Shown here in pieces: positions 1 through 9,872 of a stretch of 64,000 nt of DNA (position 1 is its first letter; the number at the start of each line of letters is the position of its first letter). The position numbers and the translations under genes were made by a program. The stretch is taken from assembly GCA_965237955.1 (NCBI GenBank), contig OZ250169.1, positions 5,312,001 through 5,376,000 on the forward strand, in the 5' to 3' direction. The DNA comes from Candidatus Marinacidobacterales bacterium (GTDB lineage Bacteria > Acidobacteriota > Vicinamibacteria > Marinacidobacterales > SMYC01). The notes under the pieces are model-generated. The model ran no database searches, was not told where the DNA came from, and saw nothing but the letters and a program-made list of their open reading frames with translations.

Positions 1-1
1 A

Positions 2-1597
2 GTGCCCGTGTATCCGGGCTATGTCATCGCCGTCGCGGCGTCGGTTCTTACCGGAAAGCCGATCAAGTGGATCGAGGACCGTTCCGAGAACCTTCAGGCT
101 GACTCGTTCGCGCGCGATTACCACATGAAAGCGGCGTTATCGGCGAAGAAGGACGGCACCTTGACCGGTCTCAAGATCAAGACCGTCGCCGATCACGGCT
201 ACACCGACGGGGCGGCGAACCCTGCCAAGTTCCCCGCGGGTATGTTCGGTATTTGCACGGGCTCTTACGGGCTCGAGCAAGCGCACGTCGAGGTCGACGG
301 GGTATACACGAACAAGCCGCCGGGAGGGATTGCGTATCGCTGTTCGTTCCGCGTGACCGAAGCCGTTCATTGCATCGAGCGGATGACCGACATCATGGCT
401 CACGAGCTCGACCTGGATCCGGCAGAGCTTCGCATCAAGAACTTCATTCAGCCGGAGCAGTTCCCCTACAAGTCGGTGCTCGGGTGGGAGTACGACAGCG
501 GCGACTATGAGAAGGCACTGCGCAAAGCGATGGAGATGATCGGCTACGACAAGCTGCGGGTCGAGCAGAAGGAGAAGCGAGCGCGCGGCGAGCTCATGGG
601 TATCGGCATCTCCTCGTTCACGGAGATCGTCGGCGCCGGGCCGTCGAAGGACTTCGACATCCTCGGCCTCAAGATGTTCGACTCGGCGGAGATTCGGGTC
701 CATCCCACCGGGAAGGCTATCGCCCGTTTCGGCACGAAGTCCCAGGGCCAGGGGCACGAGACGACCTACGCACAGATCATCGCCGAAGAGCTGGGCATCC
801 CGCCCGAGGACATTCTGGTCGAAGAAGGCGATACCGACACCGCACCCTACGGTCTCGGCACGTACGGGAGCCGTAGCACGCCCGTGGCCGGAGCGGCAGG
901 CGCCATGGCGGCCCGCAAGATCCGTGACAAGGCGAAGAAGATCGCTGCGTATCTACTCGAGGCAGCCGAGGAAGACCTCGAGTGGGAGCAGGGGAAGTTC
1001 TTTGTCAAGGGCTCGCCCGATCGCGCCAAGACGATTCAGGAGATCGCGTTCGCGGCCTACACCAACCATCCGCCGGGAATGGAAGCGGGGCTGGAAGCGG
1101 TGAGCTACTACGATCCGCCGAACCTCACGTTTCCGTTCGGATCCTATATCTGCGTCGTCGACATCGATCGCGGAACCGGTGAGGTCAAGATCCGGCGCTT
1201 CTTCGCTGTCGATGATTGCGGCGTGCGTATCAACCCCATGATCGTCGAAGGCCAGATCCACGGTGGGCTGACGATGGGCATGGCACCTGCGCTCCTCGAA
1301 GAAATCTCTTACGACGAGAATGGGAACATGCATGGCGGCACGTTCATGGACTACTTGCTGCCGACGGCATGGGAGACACCGTCGTGGGAGACAGGTGAAA
1401 CGGTGACGCCGTCGCCGCATCATCCCATCGGCGCGAAAGGCGTGGGCGAGTCGGCCACCGTCGGTGCGCCACCGGCGATCGTGAACGCCGTGGTCGACGC
1501 GATGTGGCACTTAGGCGTACGGCACATGGAGATTCCGATGACGCCGTCCCGGGTGTGGCAAGTGTTGAAGGAGAAGGGCGTCGCCGCCGAAGAGTAA
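2..1597 (+). CDS. coxL: Aerobic carbon-monoxide dehydrogenase large subunit, form I (5' part outside window)
   Basis: Molybdopterin hydroxylase large-subunit motifs (QGQGHET, GAKGVGE) and the form I active-site signature AYRCSFR; downstream XdhC and coxG. Confidence 0.93.
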   Translation: MPVYPGYVIAVAASVLTGKPIKWIEDRSENLQADSFARDYHMKAALSAKKDGTLTGLKIKTVADHGYTDGAANPAKFPAGMFGICTGSYGLEQAHVEVDGVYTNKPPGGIAYRCSFRVTEAVHCIERMTDIMAHELDLDPAELRIKNFIQPEQFPYKSVLGWEYDSGDYEKALRKAMEMIGYDKLRVEQKEKRARGELMGIGISSFTEIVGAGPSKDFDILGLKMFDSAEIRVHPTGKAIARFGTKSQGQGHETTYAQIIAEELGIPPEDILVEEGDTDTAPYGLGTYGSRSTPVAGAAGAMAARKIRDKAKKIAAYLLEAAEEDLEWEQGKFFVKGSPDRAKTIQEIAFAAYTNHPPGMEAGLEAVSYYDPPNLTFPFGSYICVVDIDRGTGEVKIRRFFAVDDCGVRINPMIVEGQIHGGLTMGMAPALLEEISYDENGNMHGGTFMDYLLPTAWETPSWETGETVTPSPHHPIGAKGVGESATVGAPPAIVNAVVDAMWHLGVRHMEIPMTPSRVWQVLKEKGVAAEE

Positions 1598-1603
1598 CGC
1601 TGA

Positions 1604-2461
1604 GTGAGTGAGGACATTCTCGATGCGGCTCTCCGGTTGAGGCAAGCCGGAGAGTCGTTCGTCATCGCGACCGTCACCCGCGCCGAGAAACCGACATCGG
1701 CGAAGCCGGGTGCCAAGGCGATCATCATCACCGCCGGCGGAGAGTGGATCGGCTGGATCGGGGGGAGTTGCTCGCGTCCTTCGGTCGAGTACGAAGCAAG
1801 GCGCGCGCTCGCTTCGGGGAAGCCGCACCTGGTTCAGCTCTCGTCGACGGAGACATGCGCGAGTGGCGGCTCGCTCGACATTTTTCTGGAGCCTCATGTG
1901 CCGAAACCGCATCTTGTCGTCATCGGGCATCTTCCGCTAGCGGAAGCGCTCGTGCACCTCGCGAAGCCCCTCGGATTCCGAGTGACTGCGATGACGCCCG
2001 AAGGAACGCCGGAGCAGTTCGCGTCCGCGGACGCGTTCATGGATCACATCGATTTCGACGAGCTCGGCCCGGGCGCGCGCTACGTCGTGATCGCGAGTCA
2101 TGGGAACTACGACGAAGAGGCGGTCGAAGCCGCGTCGAAATCCGAAAGCGAGTACATCGCACTCGTTGCGAGCAAGAAGCGAGCGAGCGCGCTCGGTGTG
2201 CCCGACGACGTGAAGTGCCCCGCGGGGCTCGACATTGGCGCGGAAACACCGGAAGAGATCGCGTTGAGCATTCTCGCTGAAATCGTGTCGGTACGGCGCG
2301 CGCCGACCCGTGTCGACGAGCCGTCGTCTGCTAAGGACCCGATTTGTGGGATGATGGTCGGCATCGAAGGCGTGCGCTACACTCTCAAGCGTGGGGACGA
2401 CACGTATTATTTCTGCGGCGCTGGCTGCAAGGACGCATACGAGCTGAAGCATGCTGATTGA
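1604..2461 (+). CDS. XdhC/CoxF-CoxI family Moco chaperone with C-terminal YHS domain
   Basis: PGAKAII..GWIGGSC, TCASGG, CPAGLDIGAETPEEIALSILAEIV; C-terminal DPICGM...YYFCGAGCK. Confidence 0.88.
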   Translation: MSEDILDAALRLRQAGESFVIATVTRAEKPTSAKPGAKAIIITAGGEWIGWIGGSCSRPSVEYEARRALASGKPHLVQLSSTETCASGGSLDIFLEPHVPKPHLVVIGHLPLAEALVHLAKPLGFRVTAMTPEGTPEQFASADAFMDHIDFDELGPGARYVVIASHGNYDEEAVEAASKSESEYIALVASKKRASALGVPDDVKCPAGLDIGAETPEEIALSILAEIVSVRRAPTRVDEPSSAKDPICGMMVGIEGVRYTLKRGDDTYYFCGAGCKDAYELKHAD

Positions 2462-2894
2462 AGGTAAAGACAACATCAAAGCGAAACGAGCAGAGGTCTG
2501 GAAGTTTCTCACGGACGCGGAGTCCGTCTCGAAATGCACTCCCGGCGTCGAGTCCATGGAGATCATCGAGCCCGGCAAGAAGTTCAAGGCTATCGGCGCT
2601 TTGGGACTCGGGACGGTGAAGTTCAAATTCGATACGACGATCGAATGGGTGGAGTTGAAAGAGCCCGACAAGGCGAAGATGAAAATGAACGGTACCGCTC
2701 CCGGGAGCTCCATCGACGTCGGCAGTGAGATCGAGCTCGCTGACGGACCGGACGGCTCGACCGACCTTATCTGGAAAGCGGACGTGAGAGTCGTGGGCGC
2801 GATCGCGAGCCTGGCCGCACGGCTGATGAAGCCGGTCACCGCCAAGATGACCGCCCAGTTCTTTTCCTGCCTCAAGAAGAACATCGAAGCATGA
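2451..2894 (+). CDS. coxG: Carbon monoxide dehydrogenase subunit G (SRPBCC fold)
   Basis: VWKFLTDAESVSKCTPG N-terminus, 147 aa, cox context, overlapping start/stop. Confidence 0.85.
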   Translation: MLIEGKDNIKAKRAEVWKFLTDAESVSKCTPGVESMEIIEPGKKFKAIGALGLGTVKFKFDTTIEWVELKEPDKAKMKMNGTAPGSSIDVGSEIELADGPDGSTDLIWKADVRVVGAIASLAARLMKPVTAKMTAQFFSCLKKNIEA

Positions 2895-3910
2895 AGTTCG
2901 GCCCGGTTCCGCTTGCCGAGGCCGACGGCAAAATTCTGGGGCACAACGTCGCGGGCGCGGACGGAAAAAGGCGCTTGCGCAAGGGCAAGCCGCTTCGTGC
3001 CGAGGACGTTTCGGTGTTGCGCGAGCTCGGTCGGAGCGTGGTCTATGTCGCGGAGCTCGAGCCGGGGGACGTCGACGAGAACACCGCGGCGAACCGCGTT
3101 GCGGTCGCGTGCCAGGGGACTGGGCTTCGACTCTCGGGTGCCGCGACCGGTCGTATCAATCTCATTGCCACCGTGCTCGGTCTGGTGCGGATCGACGAAG
3201 GCCAGCTACGCCGTCTGAATGCGGGCGAGGGACTGACGCTCGCGTCGCTCGGTAGCCACGCCGTCGTTCGACCTGGACAAACCGTGGCGACAGTGAAAGT
3301 CATTCCCTATGCAGTGCCCGAAAGCGTCGTCGCGACCGTCGAAGGTGCGACGGGTAGCCCGTTATTGAGTGTGGATGAGCTCGCATCGAAGCGAGTAGGC
3401 CTCATTTTGTCAGGCTCGCCGTCGGTCAGAGGCCCACTTACCGAGAGCTTTTTTCCTCTCGTAGAACGGGTGCGCGCACTGGGCTCGGATGTGGTCGAGC
3501 AAGACTACGTCGACGTCGGTGACGAAGGCGGCGAGCACACCCTGGCCGAAGCGCTCGAGCGCCAGCGGGATGCGGGCGTCGAGGTCATTCTCTTTGCCGG
3601 GGAGACCGCCGTCATGGACCGGCACGACATCACGCCCCGGGCGGTCGAGCGCGCCGGCGGTCGGGTCGAGGCCGTGGGTGCACCGGTCGACCCCGGGAAC
3701 CTCCTGATGCTGGCCTATTTGAACGACATCCCCATCCTCGGCGCTCCCGGATGCGCCCGCAGCCGCAAAACGAACGTCGTGGACTGGGTCCTCCCTCGAC
3801 TCCTGGCCGGCGACCGCCTGACCCGTGACGACATTGTCACGCTAGGTGCTGGCGGTTTGTTAGAGGATGTTCCCGAAAGGCCCCTACCGCGAAGCCGCAT
3901 ACGAAGCTGA
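2891..3910 (+). CDS. Molybdopterin-binding protein (MoeA C-terminal-like)
   Basis: MKFGPVPLAEADGKILGH start, PVDPGNLLML, GAPGCARS, LGAGGLL motifs. Confidence 0.8.
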   Translation: MKFGPVPLAEADGKILGHNVAGADGKRRLRKGKPLRAEDVSVLRELGRSVVYVAELEPGDVDENTAANRVAVACQGTGLRLSGAATGRINLIATVLGLVRIDEGQLRRLNAGEGLTLASLGSHAVVRPGQTVATVKVIPYAVPESVVATVEGATGSPLLSVDELASKRVGLILSGSPSVRGPLTESFFPLVERVRALGSDVVEQDYVDVGDEGGEHTLAEALERQRDAGVEVILFAGETAVMDRHDITPRAVERAGGRVEAVGAPVDPGNLLMLAYLNDIPILGAPGCARSRKTNVVDWVLPRLLAGDRLTRDDIVTLGAGGLLEDVPERPLPRSRIRS

Positions 3911-3915
3911 GATCC

Positions 3916-4029
3916 GCCATCGGCCATCAGCCATCAGCTAAGTCGTCGTCTTGGCTGCGACGCCCCGCCGCTTACCGGCGCCGACGTCCCATAATGCGCC
4001 AGTCGAGCTGATGGCCGATGGCCGATGGC
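3916..4029. repeat. 24-bp inverted repeat built from GCCATC(A/G) heptamers, 66-nt spacer
   Basis: 3916-3939 GCCATCGGCCATCAGCCATCAGCT vs 4006-4029 AGCTGATGGCCGATGGCCGATGGC (23/24 complementary). Confidence 0.85.
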
Positions 4030-4094
4030 TGACGGCCGAATGAAATTGCTTCGATCCTTTTCACGTTTGGTCCAGTCGGGTGTTATATAGGGAA

Positions 4095-4607
4095 ATGCCC
4101 GAGAAAACGCGGTTTACCGACCTGCTGGGGAGCTACGAGAAAGAGATTCACCGGTACGCGTTTCGGATGACGGGCAATCCTGAGGACGCTCAAGACGTCC
4201 TACAGGAAACGTTTTTGAGGGCATTTCGAGCGTTTCCGCGCCTCCCGTCCGACGCGAACCATCGTGCGTGGCTCTATCGCATCGCGCATCGGCAGGCACT
4301 GAATCTATTCCGCTCACAGAAGGTGCGCGCCACCGAGCCTCTCGAGGACGCGCTCGCGGTGGGCGATGCGAACGGCCATCCCGACGACCTCGCGGAGACG
4401 CGGCGCCTGGTACGGGCCCTCGGCCATGTGATTCGCGATCTCACGCCGCGGCAGCGCTCCGCCCTTCTGTTGAGGAAGTACGAAGGCTTGGCGTACCGGG
4501 ACGTCGCCGACATTCTCGGATGTAGCGAAGAGAACGCACGTGCTCAGGTGTATCAAGCCATGAAGAAAGTTCGCAATGGCCTCGAATCGAACGGGAGCAA
4601 ATCATGA
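4095..4607 (+). CDS. ECF RNA polymerase sigma factor
   Basis: Region 2 DAQDVLQETFLRAF..AWLYRIA; region 4 LTPRQRSALLLRKYEGLAYRDVADILG. Confidence 0.92.
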   Translation: MPEKTRFTDLLGSYEKEIHRYAFRMTGNPEDAQDVLQETFLRAFRAFPRLPSDANHRAWLYRIAHRQALNLFRSQKVRATEPLEDALAVGDANGHPDDLAETRRLVRALGHVIRDLTPRQRSALLLRKYEGLAYRDVADILGCSEENARAQVYQAMKKVRNGLESNGSKS

Positions 4608-5203
4608 AAAAACTCGACTTGCTGGAACCCACGGACTCGGAGTGGAAACGAGCCCACACCTTCTTGATGGAGGGATTCGCATCGGTGCGTGTCTTCTACG
4701 AATGGATTGACGCGCCGTTCGGCAAAGTGTTTCTCGCCAAAACGGAACGAGGTCTATGCCGGGTGAGCTTCCGTCGCAAAGAGGACGACCTCGTCGATGA
4801 CCTCGAAAAGCGCGAGCTTCTCCCCGAGAAAGGGGCGGGGCAACTCGATCGCGAGCGCCGTCAATTCGACGAGTACTTCGAAGGCAAGCGACGGCACTTC
4901 GAGCTCCCGGTGGATATCCGCTGGGGTACGCCGTTTCAGCGCAAGGTTCTCGAGGCTGCGAGCGAGATCCCTTTCGGCCATTGCGAGTGCTACACCGACG
5001 TCGCCGAGCGGATCGGTCATCCCAAGGCTCAGCGTGCCGTCGGTAACGCTTTGGGCAAGAACCCCGTCGCCATCGTCGTTCCTTGCCACCGCGTCGTGGC
5101 CTCGGGCGGGCGTCTCGGCGGTTACACCGGGGGATTGGACATCAAACGAACGTTGATGAGTATCGAAGGCATTCAAGTAGAGCCAGTTGAGGAGGAAGCA
5201 TGA
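4604..5203 (+). CDS. ogt: Methylated-DNA-[protein]-cysteine S-methyltransferase
   Basis: TPFQRKV, RAVGNALGKNP, active-site PCHRVV, GGYTGG. Confidence 0.92.
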   Translation: MKKLDLLEPTDSEWKRAHTFLMEGFASVRVFYEWIDAPFGKVFLAKTERGLCRVSFRRKEDDLVDDLEKRELLPEKGAGQLDRERRQFDEYFEGKRRHFELPVDIRWGTPFQRKVLEAASEIPFGHCECYTDVAERIGHPKAQRAVGNALGKNPVAIVVPCHRVVASGGRLGGYTGGLDIKRTLMSIEGIQVEPVEEEA

Positions 5204-6054
5204 GTACGCAGAACACGATGACGACGTTGGAGCATCCGTGCACCGAGTGTGACGGTTTTCTCGAGCCAGAGCTCGTCTCGATCTACCCGAGCTCTCAGGT
5301 CTGCCTCGACTGCATGCCCCAATCCGAGCGCACGCAGCTCGAAAAAGACCTCAACCAGGTGCAGCAACTGGACCGCGCCCTTTTGCCGAACCTCCCACAC
5401 GTCGACGGATGGGACGTCGGGCTCCACTATCGCCCGTCGCGACTCTTGAGCGGTGATTTCTACGATGTTCGTGCGGAAGACGATGGGCGTCTCACGCTCC
5501 TCGTCGGCGACGTCATGGGAAAGGGCATCCCGGCCGCGCTCCTGCGCACCGGGTTACAAAGCTCGCTCAAGGCCCTCGCGCCGGAAGTGTGCTCGCCCGC
5601 GAAAGTGCTCGAAAAGGCGAACCGCCATTTTCTCAGCAGCGCATCTCCGGGACGTCTCGCGACTGTTTTCCTCGGAGCGCTCGACACCGGAGGCGGTCAG
5701 CTGCGCTACGTCAACGCGGGGCATCTCCCACCGCTGGTGCGTCGCGCGTCGGGCGATTGGCAGGCGCTCGATACTACCGGGATGGTCCTGGGCGCGCTCG
5801 AGAACGTTCCGTACTCCGAGGAAGTGGCGACGCTCGAGCGAGGCGACTTGCTCGTGCTCTTCTCCGACGGGTTCACCGAAGCCGAGAACGGCGCGGGCGA
5901 AGTATTCGACGAGCGTCACGTCACGCGGTGCGTGGACCAGCTACCCGGCGCGCCCGCGCAAGTGTTGGCGTCCAGCGTCGCCGAGGAGCTCGCCAACTTC
6001 GCGCCCGGTGAGCCGAGCGACGACCGGACACTCTTGATGTTGAGGCGCACTTGA
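5200..6054 (+). CDS. PP2C/SpoIIE family phosphatase with N-terminal C4 zinc finger
   Basis: SGDFYD, GDVMGKG, NAGH, FSDG, DDRT motifs; N-terminal CTEC...CLDC. Confidence 0.9.
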   Translation: MSTQNTMTTLEHPCTECDGFLEPELVSIYPSSQVCLDCMPQSERTQLEKDLNQVQQLDRALLPNLPHVDGWDVGLHYRPSRLLSGDFYDVRAEDDGRLTLLVGDVMGKGIPAALLRTGLQSSLKALAPEVCSPAKVLEKANRHFLSSASPGRLATVFLGALDTGGGQLRYVNAGHLPPLVRRASGDWQALDTTGMVLGALENVPYSEEVATLERGDLLVLFSDGFTEAENGAGEVFDERHVTRCVDQLPGAPAQVLASSVAEELANFAPGEPSDDRTLLMLRRT

Positions 6055-6433
6055 GCGAGTTCGAACGGATCGTCGATCAGCTGGAGCGAGCCTATCGAGG
6101 CGAAGCGTGGCACGGGCCGTCGATTCGGGAAGTTCTGGATGGCGTCGACGCGGATGCCGCGTCCGCGCGTCCTGTCTCGAATGGCCACACCATCAAGGAG
6201 CTCGTCGTCCACGTCCTCGTGTGGGAGAAAGAAGCCCAGGCTCGCCTCGCGGGCAAAGGCCGAGACGACCTGCCTCCCGAAGACACGGTGTCATCCAACA
6301 TCACCTCTACCACGCCGGACAGATGGCCATTCTCAAAAAAGCGCTTACAATAGGTTGCGTCGGGAGTGGCTACTTGTGAGCGAGGAGCGGCGCGCGCGAG
6401 CGAGGGAGATTCTGCAATGCGCCCTGGCGAAAA
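5327..6433 (+). repeat. 1107-bp direct repeat, copy 1
   Basis: Reads identical to 11591-12697 (offset 6264); ORF translations in both copies match. Confidence 0.95.
6051..6379 (+). pseudogene. DinB-family protein, internally deleted/frameshifted (second copy 12315-12643)
   Basis: GEAWHGPS..HTIKELVVH in one frame; C-terminal GVIQHHLYHAGQMAILKK in another frame after ~6285. Confidence 0.75.
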
Positions 6434-6700
6434 TTGCTTTCGTACCCGCCTGGCTCATCACGGGGAACAAGGTCTTTACCAGCTTTGTAATCCTGACAGG
6501 CCTGTTCGTTTGCTACCTGTTCATAAGGGTTCACGATGCGATCCACTACCCAGCACACCGATGGATAGAACGGCAGGGATGGTTCCACTTTCTGGACCGC
6601 CATCACTACATTCATCACATGGACCCGACTGCGAACGTCAATTTCCTCCTTCCGGTTTGCGATGTTCTCCTTGGAACTCTCAAGCTCACGCCCACGCACG
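6434..6700 (+). pseudogene. Fatty-acid hydroxylase/sterol desaturase C-terminal fragment
   Basis: His boxes VHDAIH and HHYIHH, NVNFLLPVCDVLLGTL; no start. Confidence 0.6.
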
Positions 6701-7065
6701 AGGAGAGATTCGGTGAGCTGCAAGGTGATATCTTCTCCCGTCAAGGCGGTGGTTGTGTCCACCAGCGGAGTGATCGCGGTGACGGTGACTTCTTCTGTAA
6801 TCCCGCTCACCCAGAGGGCAATCTCCACCGAGGCGGTGTAGCCGGCCCGAACCAGAACCCTTTCGTTCTTTGCTTCTCTAAACCCCGGCATGTTGACGGT
6901 GACGACGTACTCCGCCGATGGCTCCAAAGAACCGAGGGTGGCCACACCTTGGCTGTTAGTCGTCGTCTCCCTGCCGGGTCCCGTGTCTTTGGCTTGCGCT
7001 CTAACTACGGCTCCCGGCAGACGGCTTCCCTGTTGGTCTTGGACGATGACAACGATGGTGCCTTT
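6700..7065 (-). pseudogene. Carboxypeptidase-regulatory-like domain fragment of a TonB-dependent receptor
   Basis: GTIVVIVQDQQGSRLPGAVV...TVNMPGF...EEVTVTAITPLVDTT; truncated on both sides. Confidence 0.6.
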
Positions 7066-7074
7066 GGTCGCTAC

Positions 7075-7835
7075 CTGCGCCTCCCCGGCGACGCGCCGTG
7101 TGCTCGAGCTCGCGGCCCACGCTCTCATGGTGGCGGTGCATGTCGTGCTCCTGGTTTACGGGGCTCAACTCGCATTACGGTTTTTCACCGAGCGCGCCAT
7201 CACCGTGGATATCCCGGTCGGACTCGTCTATCTGGTGATCCCGCTCTCGGCGGCCTTGATGTTTGTGATCGAAGCTATCCACATCGCCCGACGGATCGCG
7301 GACTGATGGAGCTTCTTCTTCTCCCGCTCCCGCTCCTCCTCGTCCTCATCGCCATCGGCTTGCCCATCGGCTATGCCTTGATTGCCACCAGGCATCGTCG
7401 TCATCGCGCTCACGACGTCTACGCCTCTCGTGATCGTGGCGCAGTGTCTATTCAACGGCACCGACAACTTCCAGATGGTTGCGGTGCCGCTGTTCATCCT
7501 GGCGGGCGCGTTGATGAACCACGCCGGGATCTCGCGACGCCTCGTCGACTTCGCCGCCAGTCTCGTCGGCTTCATCCGCGGCGGCCTGGCGATGACGACG
7601 ACGCTCTCGAGCATGTTCTTCTCCGAAGTCTCCGGCTCCGCTGTCGCCGACGCGGCCGCGCTCGGGAGCGTCCTCATCCCCGCGATGAAAGAGCGAGGCT
7701 ATCCGGCTCGATTCGCAGCAGCGGTGTTGTCGTCGTCCGCCACCATCGCGATCATCATCCCGCCGTCGATCCCGATGATTCTCTTCGGTGCGATCACGGG
7801 CGAGTCGATCGTGAAGCTCTTCATGGCGGGCGTGG
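7075..7835 (+). pseudogene. TRAP transporter small-permease 3' end plus truncated large permease (DctM-like)
   Basis: AVPLFILAGALMN, SGSAVADAAALGSVLIPAM, IIPPSIPMI; truncated after KLFMAGVV. Confidence 0.75.
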
Positions 7836-7854
7836 TTCACACTCCGGTCGCCAT

Positions 7855-8395
7855 GAACCGTGAGCACGCGATCTTCGAGCGCGGCCGGTGCGTGGCGGTC
7901 TCGCCTTCGGACACCGCACCGGCGCTGGTCGCACTCGACGCGTCCCTGGGTGATCCGGAACGCGAGCGGCGAGCGCGTCGTCGCGGCCGAGGATTTCTTC
8001 ATGCCGCAGTCGACGGACATCACCCGCATGACCGTGCTCGAGCCCGGCGATCTCTTGACCGCCATCCGGATTCCCGGCACGTGGTCCGGCGCAGAGTTCT
8101 ATTTCGAAAAAGTCGCGGACCGCAACACGTGGGACTTCCCGCTGGTGAACGTCACGACTGCCATGACGCTCGACGGCTCTGGCAACATCAAGACTATGCG
8201 CATCGCGTGCGCCGGTGTCCAGTGCACACCACGGCGCCTGACGGCCGTGGAGACGCTGGTGAAGGGACGTCCCCGGGACGAAGAGACCGCCAAGCTCGCC
8301 GGCGCAGCCTCCGTCGAAGGTGCGAGGCCTTTGAACTTCAACCAGTTCAAAATGCCGCTGATGGAGAACCTCGTGAAGCGGGCCGTCAGAACGCA
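7855..8395 (+). pseudogene. Xanthine-dehydrogenase-family FAD-binding subunit, 3' fragment, frameshifted
   Basis: NREHAIF..CVAVSPSDTAPALVALDA; FEKVADRNTWDFPLV; ARPLNFNQFKMPLMENLVKRA. Confidence 0.75.
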
Positions 8396-8571
8396 GGCAT
8401 GGGTAGCCCGGCGACTCCAACCAGCGGGTCCCGGCCCTCCGGGGGTGATTGATCTCGGCCAGCGGGCTCGACGGCGGCGGCCATCATCTCGTAGACGCGT
8501 CGTGCCATATCACCCAGGAGCTCTCGGTGATGCAGGAAATGCGCTGCCTTTCCCGGAATTCCCGGATGATC

Positions 8572-8601
8572 AAAAAAAAAGCGCGACGACCCGCCGCGCT
8601 T
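8572..8601 (-). terminator. Rho-independent terminator of the PEP-CTERM gene
   Basis: Minus strand AAGCGCGGCG-GGT-CGTCGCGCTT followed by a T run, 25 nt after the stop. Confidence 0.7.
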
Positions 8602-8626
8602 GTCGCGAAATTAACTTTCCGCGCCG

Positions 8627-9199
8627 TCAGGCGCGGAAACGCCTTAGCGCAAATCCCAGTAGACCAATTCCCACAAGGCTCAGTACACCGGGCTCAGGGA
8701 CGTGCTCGACGTCGAGGTCGACGACAAAACGTCCGGTACCAAGGCCCTCCATGTTCACTCGCACGAAATCGTCCCCGAAAGTCACACGGCTCGGATCCAG
8801 TCCCGCGATCCCCGTGGTCAAGGTGAAACCCACAACGCGCCCGGGGCCGTCGGTCCAATCAAGATCCGAGAACTCGAATCCGTTGAAAGCTGCACTGCCA
8901 TAAAAGGGACCAGGGATTTGGTCGTAGGTGATGGACGACGCCCCAAAGTCGAAGCTGGCGTCCGTAAAGAAGTTCCCTCCACCACAGATGGTAGAGGTGC
9001 CGCCGCCATTACCAACGCACTCGATCTCGGGGCTGCCACCGTCGACGACCGTGATGACGTCTGGCCCGGCGAAGACAGATCCCAAGTTTGGCGAAAACCA
9101 CGTTACAACAATGTCGTCGCCGATGAGGGTCGCTTCAGCCGCAGGCGCCAAAACGAACGTGACGGCGATCGCGACCGCTATCGTTATTACCGTTCGCAT
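8627..9199 (-). CDS. PEP-CTERM sorting-domain protein
   Basis: Signal peptide (MRTVITIAVAIAV..AEA), C-terminal VPEPGVLSLVGIGLLGFALRRFR. Confidence 0.85.
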   Translation of the reverse strand: MRTVITIAVAIAVTFVLAPAAEATLIGDDIVVTWFSPNLGSVFAGPDVITVVDGGSPEIECVGNGGGTSTICGGGNFFTDASFDFGASSITYDQIPGPFYGSAAFNGFEFSDLDWTDGPGRVVGFTLTTGIAGLDPSRVTFGDDFVRVNMEGLGTGRFVVDLDVEHVPEPGVLSLVGIGLLGFALRRFRA

Positions 9200-9369
9200 A
9201 CAAGCCTCCCGAAAACTTGCAACGCAAGGCCGCATGATGCTTTCCTCGGGTCTCCGTTGCTTTTGTGTTCTCCGTACAGCTTCCTTGGCTTGCAATCTTC
9301 AAGCGGGCCACGACTGTGAAGTGGTGGCTCCATCCAAGATTGCTCCATCCAAAGATTAAGGATAGGAAA

Positions 9370-9600
9370 TTGAAGGATAACATTCGTCGAGCCGTCGAAA
9401 CGGACGTGCTTGATTATCAACAGCTTATGGATTGTCTCAAGGGCTACGCCAAGCCACGGGACAAAGTTCGCGCCATGCTGAAGGCTGGCGAGATTGTCAG
9501 GGTAAAGAAGGGAATTTACGTTTTCGGAGAGGACTACCGACGTGCCGCCAGGTCTCGCGAGATTCTAGCGAACTTGATCTATGGACCTTCGTATATCAGC
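9370..9600 (+). pseudogene. Type IV TA AbiEi-like antitoxin, N-terminal fragment
   Basis: YAKPRDKV..GEIVRVKKGIYVF..LANLIYGPSYIS, then breaks off. Confidence 0.6.
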
Positions 9601-9872
9601 CGTGCTGTTCGCACGATCTTTGTGGAGGCCGGAGAGCGAACGTTCGACACATCTGCATAATGCAGGCCTTCTATGAGCGACCGGCTGGCCATGTGGCTTG
9701 CGGCCTGCCATGCGTGGGCATGAACAGAACCCACCGAGTTCGCCAGACCTACGACCACAGGCTGCGCGATGCGATCGCCGCGACTGGTAACGCGGACCTG
9801 TTCCGCGACGTTGCCATCCCGGCTTCGACGCGGCGCAGTGGGCGCGTGGCGAGGTTCGTCCGGTGGTTACTA

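Noticed and set aside
6139-7863. 574-aa ORF and the neighbouring long ORFs 7382..8452 and 7860..8903
   Set aside because: Chance read-through across joined fragments; most of their length is off-frame, Arg-rich nonsense
9361-9376. GATAGGAAATTGAAG as the oriIS of the IS91-like element
   Set aside because: Equally explained as RBS plus TTG start of the AbiEi-like gene, whose coding sequence follows immediately
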